Assembly (NCBI RefSeq): GCF_002352205.1 | Contig: NZ_DEHZ01000014.1 | Coordinates: 97,047 to 161,046 of the forward strand | Length of the DNA stretch: 64,000 nt | Direction of reading: 5' to 3' | Origin: Flavobacterium sp. UBA2787 | GTDB taxonomy: Bacteria > Bacteroidota > Bacteroidia > Flavobacteriales > Flavobacteriaceae | In this document: positions 1 through 9,096 of the stretch, one piece after another | Numbering within the stretch: the stretch's first letter is position 1 | How the letters are laid out: the number at the start of each line of letters is the position of its first letter | Notes under the pieces: model-generated | Told to the model about the DNA's origin: nothing | The model's input: the letters and a program-made list of their open reading frames with translations, nothing else | The model's database searches: none | Position numbers and translations under genes: made by a program

Positions 1-995
1 TCAAAGATTCATCCTATAGTTTGTTGAGTTCTGTAAACGATATTTTAGATTTTTCTAAAATAGAAAAAGGCGAATTAAAATTAGATTTAGAAGAATTTAG
101 TCCAAAACCATTGCTTGAACATTTAGCAAAAAACATGGTGTACCGAGCTAAAAATCAAGGTCTCGGATTTAATTTAGACATTTCTCCTGATTTGCCCGAA
201 ATGATTTTAGGTGATAAAATGCGTTTGACACAAATGATCAACAATGTGTTGAGCAATGCATTAAAGTTTACAACGCACGGTTTTGTAACTTTCAAAGTGG
301 AGTGTAAGCAAAAGAAAGGGAATACTGTTGATTTGATTTTTACAATCGCAGACACCGGCGTAGGCATTCCAAAAGAAAAAATGAATTCGATATTTGAGTC
401 ATTTACACAAGAAAGTATCAACAATAAACGAAAATTCGGCGGTTTAGGTCTAGGACTTTACATCGTAAAAACTTTGGCCGATTTGCACAATGGTAAAGTT
501 GATTTACAAAGTATTTTGGACCAAGGAACTGTTTGCAAAATCACTTTAGAATACAAAACCATTGCAGTAGAAAAACAACAAATTCCTGTTGTTGAAGTGG
601 CTGATTATGATTTAAAAGGCAAAAATATTCTTGTGGTAGAAGACAACGCCATGAACCAAATGGTCATTAAAATGATTACCAAAAAGTGGTTAAATACCAC
701 TGTCGTTTTCGCCAATAACGGTCAAGAAGGCGTTACGGCTTTACAAGAAAATCACTTCGATTTGATTCTAATGGATTTACAAATGCCGGTTATGGATGGC
801 TATGAAGCCACGATTGCCATCAGAAATGGTGCTGCGGGCGATGAGAAAAAAAATATTCCAATTATCGCCTTAACCGCCGATGTAATGGAAACAACAAAAG
901 AACGTGTAATGGAAATCGGCATGAACAAGTACATGTCTAAACCCGTTGATAAAGAGTTATTATATAAAAATATTGCAGAATTAGTTGGTGTTTAA
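1..995 (+). CDS. hybrid sensor histidine kinase / response regulator, C-terminal part (5' end outside window)
   Basis: Frame open to window edge. HisKA end DILDFSKIEKGELKL; HATPase_c boxes NNVLSNALKFT / DTGVGIP / GGLGLGL; then REC domain ILVVEDNAMNQ...LILMDLQMPVMDG...MSKP. Confidence 0.9.
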   Translation, partial: KDSSYSLLSSVNDILDFSKIEKGELKLDLEEFSPKPLLEHLAKNMVYRAKNQGLGFNLDISPDLPEMILGDKMRLTQMINNVLSNALKFTTHGFVTFKVECKQKKGNTVDLIFTIADTGVGIPKEKMNSIFESFTQESINNKRKFGGLGLGLYIVKTLADLHNGKVDLQSILDQGTVCKITLEYKTIAVEKQQIPVVEVADYDLKGKNILVVEDNAMNQMVIKMITKKWLNTTVVFANNGQEGVTALQENHFDLILMDLQMPVMDGYEATIAIRNGAAGDEKKNIPIIALTADVMETTKERVMEIGMNKYMSKPVDKELLYKNIAELVGV

Positions 996-1724
996 TCAAT
1001 CTTGATTAATTCGCCTTTTTATTCTTGGGAGAATAATTTGTGCATTTTTATTAAATGCATCAAGCATTCCTTTTTTATTTCTGATGACAAGCACTTGTTG
1101 CATGGCAATTCTATTTTTAAAATCAGCACTTTGAAGATAGGCAAGATATTCGTTTTTTTTAATTCTTTCTTGATGACTCAAATAAAACCAATCGTAATTT
1201 TCTTTCCAATTCTTTAAGTTTTCACGAACATCATCTTTAGAATACTCGTTGATAACATTCATCAATTCATCCATTTGATTATAAAAAGTAAGAATGTCTG
1301 TAGAAAGTGAATCTTTGATTTTATTTTCACTTTCCACATAACTTTCTAACATTTTGAAACCTTTGTTTTTAAATTTATGTGGATTGTGCATACCAACCAA
1401 ATTGGCACATACTTCGCAAGAAATATAATCTTCGTTTGTCATTTTTCCGGATAGAATTCTGTTGTAAATGCTATCTAAATAAGTAAAACTTTCATTCGAT
1501 TGATGAATAGTTAAAGTATCACTAATCATCTCTTCTTCAATTATTTTAAAGATAGATGATTGTAGATTTTTTTGCTTTCTCTTTTCATTATAATTATTAA
1601 TGTTTACCGCAATCAGAATTCCAATAACAACTAAAATAATTTCTCCAACTCCATATTTTAAGTAGTTCAAAAATTTACCTTCTTTGAGTTGGTTGAAACG
1701 AATTTTTCTGAAAAATTTAAGCAT
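996..1724 (-). CDS. single-pass membrane protein, DUF6090-like (Bacteroidota family of unknown function)
   Basis: 242-aa ORF. N-terminus FFRKIRFNQL...YLKYGVGEIILVVIGILIAVNINNYN is a basic stretch plus one TM helix, typical of this family. Starts 5 nt downstream of the NYN gene. Confidence 0.6.
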   Translation of the reverse strand: MLKFFRKIRFNQLKEGKFLNYLKYGVGEIILVVIGILIAVNINNYNEKRKQKNLQSSIFKIIEEEMISDTLTIHQSNESFTYLDSIYNRILSGKMTNEDYISCEVCANLVGMHNPHKFKNKGFKMLESYVESENKIKDSLSTDILTFYNQMDELMNVINEYSKDDVRENLKNWKENYDWFYLSHQERIKKNEYLAYLQSADFKNRIAMQQVLVIRNKKGMLDAFNKNAQIILPRIKRRINQD

Positions 1725-1729
1725 AAAAT

Positions 1730-2485
1730 CTATTTTAACCGGACATAAACATGTTTAATTCCTTTTTTATCTGATTCGCGTTCGTGAATTTCTAACAAAT
1801 GTGTAAGCGATTTCATTAGCGGAGTTAGTTTTGTAAAGCCAAAATTTCTTGGATCGAATTCTGGTTTTTTCTTCACAATCAGATTTCCAACGTCACCCAA
1901 AAATGCCCATCCGTCATCATCTGCAATGTCTTCAATACTTGATTCGATAATATCGATGGTTTCCACATCAATTTTTGTAAATATTCTTTCTTCTTTCTTT
2001 TTATCAGTCGAAGTTGCAGTAGTTTTTTTCTTTTTTGCACCTTCTAACACTTCAATAAATATAAATCGGTCGCAAGCACTAATAAATGGTTTTGGCGTTT
2101 TTTGTTCCCCAATGCCAATTACTTTCATGCCCGATTCTCTTAATCTAATAGCTAATCTCGTAAAATCACTATCACTTGAAACAATGCAAAAACCGTCTAA
2201 TTTTCCGGAATACAACAAATCCATTGCATCAATAATCAAAGCCGAATCCGAAGAGTTTTTTCCTGTCGTATAACCATATTGTTGAATTGGCGTAATGGCA
2301 TTTTCCAACAAAACACCTTTCCAACCGTTTGCATTCGGGCGAGTCCAGTCGGCATAAATTCGTTTTGTTGTGGGTGTTCCGTATTTTGCAATTTCTTCCA
2401 TCATACCTTTAATATTGCTAAACGGAACATTATCGGCATCAATCAAAACAGCTAATTTTAAATCATTATCGTCGTGTTTACTCAT
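1730..2485 (-). CDS. NYN (LabA-like, PIN-related) domain protein with C-terminal OST-HTH/LOTUS-like domain
   Basis: LAVLIDADNV...YADW...SSDSALIIDAMDL...GFCIVSSDSDFTRLAIRLRESG is the NYN core. The C-terminal ~70 aa (DDGWAFLGDVGNLI...FGFTKLTPLMKS) looks like OST-HTH. Confidence 0.8.
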   Translation of the reverse strand: MSKHDDNDLKLAVLIDADNVPFSNIKGMMEEIAKYGTPTTKRIYADWTRPNANGWKGVLLENAITPIQQYGYTTGKNSSDSALIIDAMDLLYSGKLDGFCIVSSDSDFTRLAIRLRESGMKVIGIGEQKTPKPFISACDRFIFIEVLEGAKKKKTTATSTDKKKEERIFTKIDVETIDIIESSIEDIADDDGWAFLGDVGNLIVKKKPEFDPRNFGFTKLTPLMKSLTHLLEIHERESDKKGIKHVYVRLK

Positions 2486-2617
2486 AAAAATCGAATTATA
2501 AAATCAAATATACAGATATTAACACATTCTCATTACACTTTTTTTGAATAAAATAAAAGTTGATATCAATTCAAAATCATTCTACAAAAAATATTATGAA
2601 AGTAGATTTGAAATCCT

Positions 2618-2625
2618 TATTTTTG
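2618..2625 (+). promoter_or_regulatory. candidate Bacteroidota -7 promoter box (TATTTTTG)
   Basis: Matches TAnnTTTG 27 nt upstream of ATG 2652. It lies inside the longer TTG-initiated track ORF, which argues for the 2652 start. Confidence 0.4.
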
Positions 2626-2651
2626 CCACGTTTTTTAACACACAAAAAATC

Positions 2652-3911
2652 ATGGTAAAAGATTTATTCGAAAGAATTCAGAACAATAAAGGTCCACTAG
2701 GAAAATGGGCATCTCAAGCAGAAGGTTACTTTGTTTTTCCAAAATTAGAAGGCGAACTTGGACCAAGAATGCAATTTCAAGGTAAAAATATTTTAAATTG
2801 GAGCTTAAACGATTATCTAGGGTTAGCAAATCATCCTGAAGTTCGTCAGGCAGATATTGATGCGGCTAAGCAATATGGTGCAGCTTATCCAATGGGAGCC
2901 AGAATGATGAGCGGGCATACTGATGCTCATGAACAATTAGAGAATGAATTGGCTGCTTTTGTAATGAAAGAATCAGCTTATTTATTGAATTTTGGTTACC
3001 AAGGAATTATGTCAACCATTGATGCTTTGGTTACTAAAAACGATATTATTGTTTATGATGTAGATGCACATGCTTGTATTATTGATGGTGTTCGTTTACA
3101 CATGGGAAAACGTTTTACTTACCGTCATAACGATTTGGAAAGTATGGAGAAAAACCTTCAACGTGCTACCAAAATGGCAGAAGAAACGGGTGGAGGAATT
3201 CTTTTTATTACCGAAGGTGTTTTTGGAATGCGTGGTCAACAAGGAAAGTTGAAAGAAATTGTTGCCATGAAAGAAAAATACAATTTCCGTTTATTAGTTG
3301 ATGATGCTCACGGTTTTGGAACGTTAGGAAAAACTGGAGCAGGAGCAGGCGAGGAGCAAGGTTGCCAAGACGGAATTGATGTTTATTTTTCAACTTTCGC
3401 CAAATCAATGGCTAGTATCGGAGCATTTATTGCTGCGGATAAAGACATAATTGATTATTTAAAATATAATTTACGTTCGCAAATGTTTGCAAAAGCATTA
3501 CCAATGATTCAAACGGTTGGAGCTTTAAAACGTTTGGAATTATTGCGAAATCACCCTGAATTAAAAGATAAATTGTGGGAAAACGTAAATGCTTTACAAT
3601 CAGGTTTACGTGAAAGAAACTTTAACATTGGTGATACAAACACTTGTGTTACACCGGTTTATTTAGAAGGAAGTGTGCCGGAAGCAATGGTGATGGTGAA
3701 TGATTTAAGAGAAAACTACGGTATTTTCTTGTCTATCGTAATTTATCCGGTAATACCTAAAGGAATAATTTTGTTGCGAATGATTCCAACTTCTTCTCAC
3801 ACTATTGATGATATTAATGAAACACTTACTGCTTTTGAAGCAATTCGTGAAAAATTAGAAAACGGAATTTATAAAAAGATTGCAGACGCTACTACGGTAG
3901 ATGTTTCTTAA
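2652..3911 (+). CDS. alpha-oxoamine synthase family PLP enzyme (Kbl / BioF / serine-palmitoyltransferase-like acyltransferase)
   Basis: 419 aa from ATG 2652. NDYLGLANHPEV, DDAHGFG and STFAKSMASIGAF (PLP lysine region) are typical of the AONS/Kbl/Spt family. The track start at TTG 2544 was rejected. Confidence 0.85.
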   Translation: MVKDLFERIQNNKGPLGKWASQAEGYFVFPKLEGELGPRMQFQGKNILNWSLNDYLGLANHPEVRQADIDAAKQYGAAYPMGARMMSGHTDAHEQLENELAAFVMKESAYLLNFGYQGIMSTIDALVTKNDIIVYDVDAHACIIDGVRLHMGKRFTYRHNDLESMEKNLQRATKMAEETGGGILFITEGVFGMRGQQGKLKEIVAMKEKYNFRLLVDDAHGFGTLGKTGAGAGEEQGCQDGIDVYFSTFAKSMASIGAFIAADKDIIDYLKYNLRSQMFAKALPMIQTVGALKRLELLRNHPELKDKLWENVNALQSGLRERNFNIGDTNTCVTPVYLEGSVPEAMVMVNDLRENYGIFLSIVIYPVIPKGIILLRMIPTSSHTIDDINETLTAFEAIREKLENGIYKKIADATTVDVS

Positions 3912-3935
3912 ATTTTTATAATAACTATAAATAAT

Positions 3936-3966
3936 AAACCACTCTTTTACGAGTGGTTTTGTTTTT
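3936..3966 (+). terminator. rho-independent terminator hairpin
   Basis: AAACCACTC-TTTTAC-GAGTGGTTT (9-bp stem) followed by TTTGTTTTT. Lies between convergent genes. Confidence 0.7.
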
Positions 3967-5083
3967 ATAAATCGATTCGGTATGTTCTTCGTTTTCGGTC
4001 AACCACCGAGTTAAAATTTTTCCATAAATTATGAATGGCATTGTTTTCTTCTAATTCGGGAGTTCTGTTGCATTGTGTGATACCTTTTTCTTTAAAAACA
4101 CGATAGTATTCTCTAAAAACAAGTGCTGTTACTCCTTTGTTTTGGTACTCAGGATCAATACCAATGAGATAAAACAAAACTTCTTTACTGTGTTTTTTGG
4201 CTTTCAGAAGATGATAAAACCCAAATGGAAATAAACGACCATTTGCTTTTTGTAAAGCTTCAGAAAAACCGGGCATTACAATACTGAAAGCAACCATTTT
4301 ATCGTTTTTATCTACCACAAATAAAATATATTCAGGATTAACAAACGGAATGTATTTCTTTTTAAAATATTCCTTTTGCCTTTCTGAAACAGCAACAAAA
4401 GAAGCTAGTTTTTCATAACTTGAATTAAACAAATCAAACATTTTGTCAACATACGGAAGAATGTCTTTTGTGTTTGTAAACGTGATTGTTCTTAATTCGT
4501 ATCGCTTTTGAATCAATTCACTTGCTTTCATGAAAGTATCCGGATTTACATTTGAAAACGAAAATACACTTTCAAAATATTCCTTCTCTCTCACATAGCC
4601 CAGCTGCTCTAAATGATCTTTGTAATAAGGATAATTATACCATGTAATCATCGACCCTAAACGATCAAAACCTTCGGTTAAAACCCCTACTTTGTCAAGG
4701 TTTGAAAACCCCATCGGACCTTCAACATATTCTAAGTTGTTTTTTCTGCCTAATTCATATACTTTCTCCAACAGGGCTCTAGTCACTTCAACATCATCAA
4801 TCACATCCCACCAACCAAAACGCACTTTTCTTTTTTGCTGATTATTAACTTCTTCCCAATTGATAATGGCAGCAATTCGTCCAACAATTTTATTTTCTCG
4901 GTAAGCTAAATAAAAATAAGCTTCAGCATTATCAAAAGCCGGATTTTCTTGTTTGTTAAATGTTTCTAATTCATCCGAAATTAAAGGAGGAACCCAATAA
5001 GGATGATTTTTGTATAACGAAAATGGAAACTTAACATAATCAGTAAGCAGTTTTTTTGAATTTGCTTCAATAATTTGTATCAT
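3965..5083 (-). CDS. conserved protein of unknown function, probably GNAT-like acyltransferase fold
   Basis: 372 aa from ATG 5083 (MIQIIEANSKK...). The longer track start would overlap the upstream gene. Family assignment is from memory only. Confidence 0.5.
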   Translation of the reverse strand: MIQIIEANSKKLLTDYVKFPFSLYKNHPYWVPPLISDELETFNKQENPAFDNAEAYFYLAYRENKIVGRIAAIINWEEVNNQQKRKVRFGWWDVIDDVEVTRALLEKVYELGRKNNLEYVEGPMGFSNLDKVGVLTEGFDRLGSMITWYNYPYYKDHLEQLGYVREKEYFESVFSFSNVNPDTFMKASELIQKRYELRTITFTNTKDILPYVDKMFDLFNSSYEKLASFVAVSERQKEYFKKKYIPFVNPEYILFVVDKNDKMVAFSIVMPGFSEALQKANGRLFPFGFYHLLKAKKHSKEVLFYLIGIDPEYQNKGVTALVFREYYRVFKEKGITQCNRTPELEENNAIHNLWKNFNSVVDRKRRTYRIDL

Positions 5084-5084
5084 A

Positions 5085-6047
5085 TTATTCTCCTCCTTCA
5101 ACTTCATCAACACGTTTTTTCTTATCTTTTTTATCTTTTTTCTTTTTATCTACTCTTTTTCCCCCATCTTCTTCGCGTTCCATTTTTACTGGTTTATGTT
5201 TTTTATCAAATCGCCAAGAAACACCAACTCCACCATATAAAATATCGGGAGTATCTTTAAAGTTTTTACTGATGGAAGCATCTACTTGCAAGTTGTTTTG
5301 AATTAAATAAGCAGAACCAATTCTAAAAATACTATCCGAATAATAATCGCCTTTTATCCCTTGATTTTCAATAAATCCAGACCATTTTTGATTGAATCCT
5401 CGAGTTAATGTTAAAATGTAACCTAGTGATTTGTAATCAGTTGTGAATTTGTCATAAAAAATATTTGTCACTAAAACCCATCGTGTTCCAAAATGGTTTT
5501 GGGCAATAATCATTACTTTCGGACTCATGCTTGGTTCATTGACATACGCATAATCTTCGTTGGCAAAACCAAAATTCATACCCACATAAACACCTACAGC
5601 AGGAATAAATTGTTTCCATTTAAAACGGTGATTGGCTTTCCAACTTAATAAATTTGGTTTGTCTTCACCTTTTTTAAACGGATCATAGACTAGATATTTA
5701 GCCCCAAAAGTCGTACTTCTAAATCCGCTTCTAGACGTTTCAACCAAAGGAGAATAATATTTATCATATTGGTATTTGAAATTTCCAATTACTTCCAATT
5801 GTTCAAAAAGGAATCCGTATCGAACATCTAAATCAACTCCAAATCCATTTGAATTATAACGAGAAAGGTTATGGTCTTCTCTAATTCCATATAGACCACT
5901 TTCCATTTGAAAAACATTTTTTCCAACCGAAAATGCGGCCATCGAAAGTCCGGGACGATTAGAATTTATCATATCTGTGTGCTGAGCCAATAAGCTGGAA
6001 AAGCTTAAGACGAATGCAAATTGTAGTAAATTTTGAATTTTTTTCAT
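5085..6047 (-). CDS. outer-membrane beta-barrel protein (MetA-pathway/'transporter'-like) with Lys-rich C-terminal tail
   Basis: Signal peptide MKKIQNLLQFAFVLSFSSLLAQ. Alternating beta-strand pattern ending ...GVGVSWRF, then a ~40-aa charged tail KKHKPVKMEREEDGGKRVDKKKKDKKDKKKRVDEVEGGE. Confidence 0.6.
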   Translation of the reverse strand: MKKIQNLLQFAFVLSFSSLLAQHTDMINSNRPGLSMAAFSVGKNVFQMESGLYGIREDHNLSRYNSNGFGVDLDVRYGFLFEQLEVIGNFKYQYDKYYSPLVETSRSGFRSTTFGAKYLVYDPFKKGEDKPNLLSWKANHRFKWKQFIPAVGVYVGMNFGFANEDYAYVNEPSMSPKVMIIAQNHFGTRWVLVTNIFYDKFTTDYKSLGYILTLTRGFNQKWSGFIENQGIKGDYYSDSIFRIGSAYLIQNNLQVDASISKNFKDTPDILYGGVGVSWRFDKKHKPVKMEREEDGGKRVDKKKKDKKDKKKRVDEVEGGE

Positions 6048-6121
6048 GGTAGTAATGAGGTTGAATTACTGATTAGAAACCAAAAATAAGACTTTTTATT
6101 ATTTATTTAAGATTGTTAGTT

Positions 6122-6129
6122 TAATTTTG
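6122..6129 (+). promoter_or_regulatory. candidate -7 promoter box (TAATTTTG)
   Basis: TAnnTTTG match 38 nt upstream of ATG 6167. Confidence 0.35.
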
Positions 6130-6166
6130 ATTGACGTATTTCTTATTTTTACCAAAAATATTAATT

Positions 6167-6427
6167 ATGCAAACAGCATCAGTTCCGGGATTTATCAGAA
6201 CAATTTTAATTATTGTTGGAATTTACTATGCTTTTAAGATTTTAGCTCGTTTATTAATGCCTTTCTTGTTAAGAAAAATGGTTCAAAAAGCCGAACAAAA
6301 TTTTAAGCAACAAATGAATAATCCAAATCAAAATACAACGCAATCACAAAATTCAACTGCTTCATTTGAAAAACCAAAATCTAAAAAGCAAGTTGGAGAA
6401 TACATCGATTATGAAGAAGTAGATTAG
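6167..6427 (+). CDS. DUF4834-like small membrane protein
   Basis: MQTASVPGFIRTILIIVGIYYAFKIL... has one TM helix, a low-complexity Q/N middle, and the C-terminal EYIDYEEVD typical of the family. Confidence 0.65.
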   Translation: MQTASVPGFIRTILIIVGIYYAFKILARLLMPFLLRKMVQKAEQNFKQQMNNPNQNTTQSQNSTASFEKPKSKKQVGEYIDYEEVD

Positions 6428-6474
6428 AATGATTACTTTCGCTTAAATTTACATTGATTTTATAAAAACTTAGA

Positions 6475-8895
6475 ATGAAATATTTTCAGAAATTTCTTCC
6501 GCATCTTTTAGCATTTTTTGGTTTTGTGATTCTTTCACTGGTTTATTTTTATCCGGTTTTGCAAGGCAAACAAATTTCGCAATCCGATATTGTGCAATAT
6601 ACCGGAATGGCAAAAGAACAAAACGATTTTCGAGCAGAGTTTGACGAAGAACCTTTTTGGACAAATGCAGCTTTTGGTGGAATGCCAACCTATCAATTAG
6701 GAGCAAAATACCCGCATAATTATGTGAAATCTGTTGATGGTTTTTTGCGTTTTCTTCCTCGTCCAGCTGATTATTTGTTTTTATATTTCCTAGGTTTTTA
6801 TATTCTTTTATGTGTTTTAAAAGTTGATCCACTCAAAGCGTTTTTTGGAGCATTGGCTTTTGGATTTTCCACTTATCTTATTATTATTTTAGGAGTTGGG
6901 CATAATGCCAAAGCTCATGCCATTGCTTATATGCCAATGGTTGTAGCGGGAGTTTTACTTGTTTTTCAAAAACGATTTATTGTTGGTGGATTGCTTACGA
7001 TGGCAGCTGCAGCTCTTGAAATTCAAGCGAATCACTTTCAAATGACGTATTATTTATTGTTGTTGTTAATTGTGATTTCCGTTTATTACATTTATAAATT
7101 AATCAAAGCGAAAGAGTTTAAAAATATTGGAATTGCTTTTGGAGTTTTTGCTATTGCCGGACTTTTAGCGTTAGGAGCAAATGCCACAAATTTATTGGCT
7201 ACAGCCGAATATACCGAGTTTAGCACCCGAGGTAAAAACGAATTAACCATTAGTTTAGAAGGTGAAAAGTTGGAGAATAAATCTGGGATGACGTATGAAT
7301 ATATCACCGAATATAGCTATGGAATTGCCGAAAGTTTTAACCTAATTGCTCCTCGTTTATTTGGTGGAGGAAATTCTGAAAAACTCGGAGAGAATAGTGC
7401 TTTATATGAAATGTTTATTGGTTTAGGTGCTCCGGAATCTCAAGCTCTTGATTTTGCAAGTAGTGCACCAACTTATTGGGGAGACCAACCCATTGTTGCT
7501 GCTCCGGCTTACATTGGAGCGGTAGTTTTCTTCCTTTTTGTATTGGCAATGTTTACTGAAAAACGCAAATTGAAGTATGCGTTTTTAGTTGGAGCCATTT
7601 TTTCATTGATGTTATCTTGGGGCAAAAACTTCCCAATCCTAACCGACTTTTTTATTGATTATTTTCCGTTGTATAACAAATTTAGAGCGGTTTCTTCCAT
7701 ACAAGTCATCTTAGAATTATGTATTCCGGTTTTAGCAGTTTTAGGATTGTATTCGTTTTTTAAAGTAGAAAAAGAAGAACAATGGAAAGCACTTTGGAAG
7801 TCGTCTGCAATTGCATTAGGCGTCTTAGCTATGCTATTTGTATTGAAAGCAATGTTCAGTTTTTCTGCAGAAAGTGACGGTTATTTCAGACAAGCGTATG
7901 GCGAAATTGGTCAACCTTTTGTTGATGCATTAAAGGAAGACAGACGTTCAATGTACACCTCCGATTTACTTCGTTCTATGGGATTCATTTTAGTAGCTTT
8001 TACTCTTTTTTGGTTGTTTATCAAAGAAAAATTGTCACAAACTCTTGCGGTTATTTTAGTTGGAACATTGATGGTTTTAGATTTATATGTGATTGATAAA
8101 AATTATGTGAATGCTGATGATTTTGTAAATGCAAGACAAGTCAATCAACCTTTTCAACCTACTGAGGCTGATTTAAAAATTTTAGAGGATAAAGATCCAA
8201 ACTTCCGTGTTTTTGAACCTTCGCAAGGAATGGCAGGAGGTAGAACTTCCTATTTTCATAAAGCGATTGGCGGCTATAGTGCAGTAAAACCGCAACGTAT
8301 TCAGCAATTATACGATTATCAAATTGCGAACAATAATATTCAAGTTCTGAATATGTTGAATGTCAAATATGTTATTCAAACCACCGAAGAAGGTCAGCCT
8401 ATTCCACTTCAAAACCCAAATGCAAATGGAAATGCATGGTTTGTGAGTAATATAAAAACCGTTAAAAATGCGGATGAAGAAATTCGTGCTTTGGATAGTT
8501 TAGATACTAAAAATGAAGCGGTTGTTGACAAAGAATTCATGAAATCGGTAAGTTCAAAATCGTTTGTAAAAGATAGTTTGGCAACCATCACATTAGAGGA
8601 ATACAAACCGAATTATCTAAAATATACTTCTCAAAACAGCAATAAAGGTTTGGCTATTTTTTCAGAAATTTATTATCCAAAAGGATGGAAAATCACAATT
8701 GATGGAAAAGAAGCAGAACAGATTAGAGCCAATTATGTGTTAAGAGCGTTAGAAATTCCGGCAGGAAAACATACTATTGAATTCAAATTTGAACCGGATG
8801 TAGTGAAAACTGGAAGTTCAATTGCTTTGTTTAGTTCAATTGGAATGTTGCTGTTATTAATTGGTGGAATTTATTTTGAGACTAAGAAAAAGTAG
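6475..8895 (+). CDS. YfhO-family polytopic membrane protein (glycosyl-carrier/glycosyltransferase-like)
   Basis: 806 aa with more than 10 predicted TM helices, then a C-terminal extracytoplasmic domain and a final TM helix. N-terminus FGFVILSLVYFYPVLQGK matches the YfhO pattern. Confidence 0.75.
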   Translation: MKYFQKFLPHLLAFFGFVILSLVYFYPVLQGKQISQSDIVQYTGMAKEQNDFRAEFDEEPFWTNAAFGGMPTYQLGAKYPHNYVKSVDGFLRFLPRPADYLFLYFLGFYILLCVLKVDPLKAFFGALAFGFSTYLIIILGVGHNAKAHAIAYMPMVVAGVLLVFQKRFIVGGLLTMAAAALEIQANHFQMTYYLLLLLIVISVYYIYKLIKAKEFKNIGIAFGVFAIAGLLALGANATNLLATAEYTEFSTRGKNELTISLEGEKLENKSGMTYEYITEYSYGIAESFNLIAPRLFGGGNSEKLGENSALYEMFIGLGAPESQALDFASSAPTYWGDQPIVAAPAYIGAVVFFLFVLAMFTEKRKLKYAFLVGAIFSLMLSWGKNFPILTDFFIDYFPLYNKFRAVSSIQVILELCIPVLAVLGLYSFFKVEKEEQWKALWKSSAIALGVLAMLFVLKAMFSFSAESDGYFRQAYGEIGQPFVDALKEDRRSMYTSDLLRSMGFILVAFTLFWLFIKEKLSQTLAVILVGTLMVLDLYVIDKNYVNADDFVNARQVNQPFQPTEADLKILEDKDPNFRVFEPSQGMAGGRTSYFHKAIGGYSAVKPQRIQQLYDYQIANNNIQVLNMLNVKYVIQTTEEGQPIPLQNPNANGNAWFVSNIKTVKNADEEIRALDSLDTKNEAVVDKEFMKSVSSKSFVKDSLATITLEEYKPNYLKYTSQNSNKGLAIFSEIYYPKGWKITIDGKEAEQIRANYVLRALEIPAGKHTIEFKFEPDVVKTGSSIALFSSIGMLLLLIGGIYFETKKK

Positions 8896-8928
8896 CGTAA
8901 TATTAGATTTTCTTATAATGATAGTAAT

Positions 8929-9096
8929 ATGAAAGAATCCCATATAAATAAAGAAAATAGGAAAGAAAAAGAAGTAAAAAGAATTGAGGAAATAAAAAAA
9001 CTCTCTTATGCTCAACGACTTGAAAATTTCTTAAAGTTAATGGAACTTTCTTATGCTTTAAAGAATGCACCTAAAGTTTATCCAGATAAAAAATGA
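8929..9096 (+). CDS. unannotated small ORF (55 aa), candidate partner of the downstream nucleotidyltransferase
   Basis: ATG 8929 ... TGA 9094-9096 encodes MKESHINKENRKEKEVKRIEEIKKLSYAQRLENFLKLMELSYALKNAPKVYPDKK. Its stop overlaps the next ATG (ATGA). Below the ORF-track length cutoff. Confidence 0.45.
   Translation: MKESHINKENRKEKEVKRIEEIKKLSYAQRLENFLKLMELSYALKNAPKVYPDKK

Noticed and set aside
993-998. Convergent kinase and DUF6090 genes with directly abutting stop codons and no terminator.
   Set aside because: Compact convergent ends are common in this dense genome, and I see no structure that suggests a function.
2544-2651. TTG-initiated 36-aa N-terminal extension of the alpha-oxoamine synthase.
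   Set aside because: The extension is low-complexity and contains a good TAnnTTTG promoter box at 2618-2625. Conserved sequence begins at ATG 2652.
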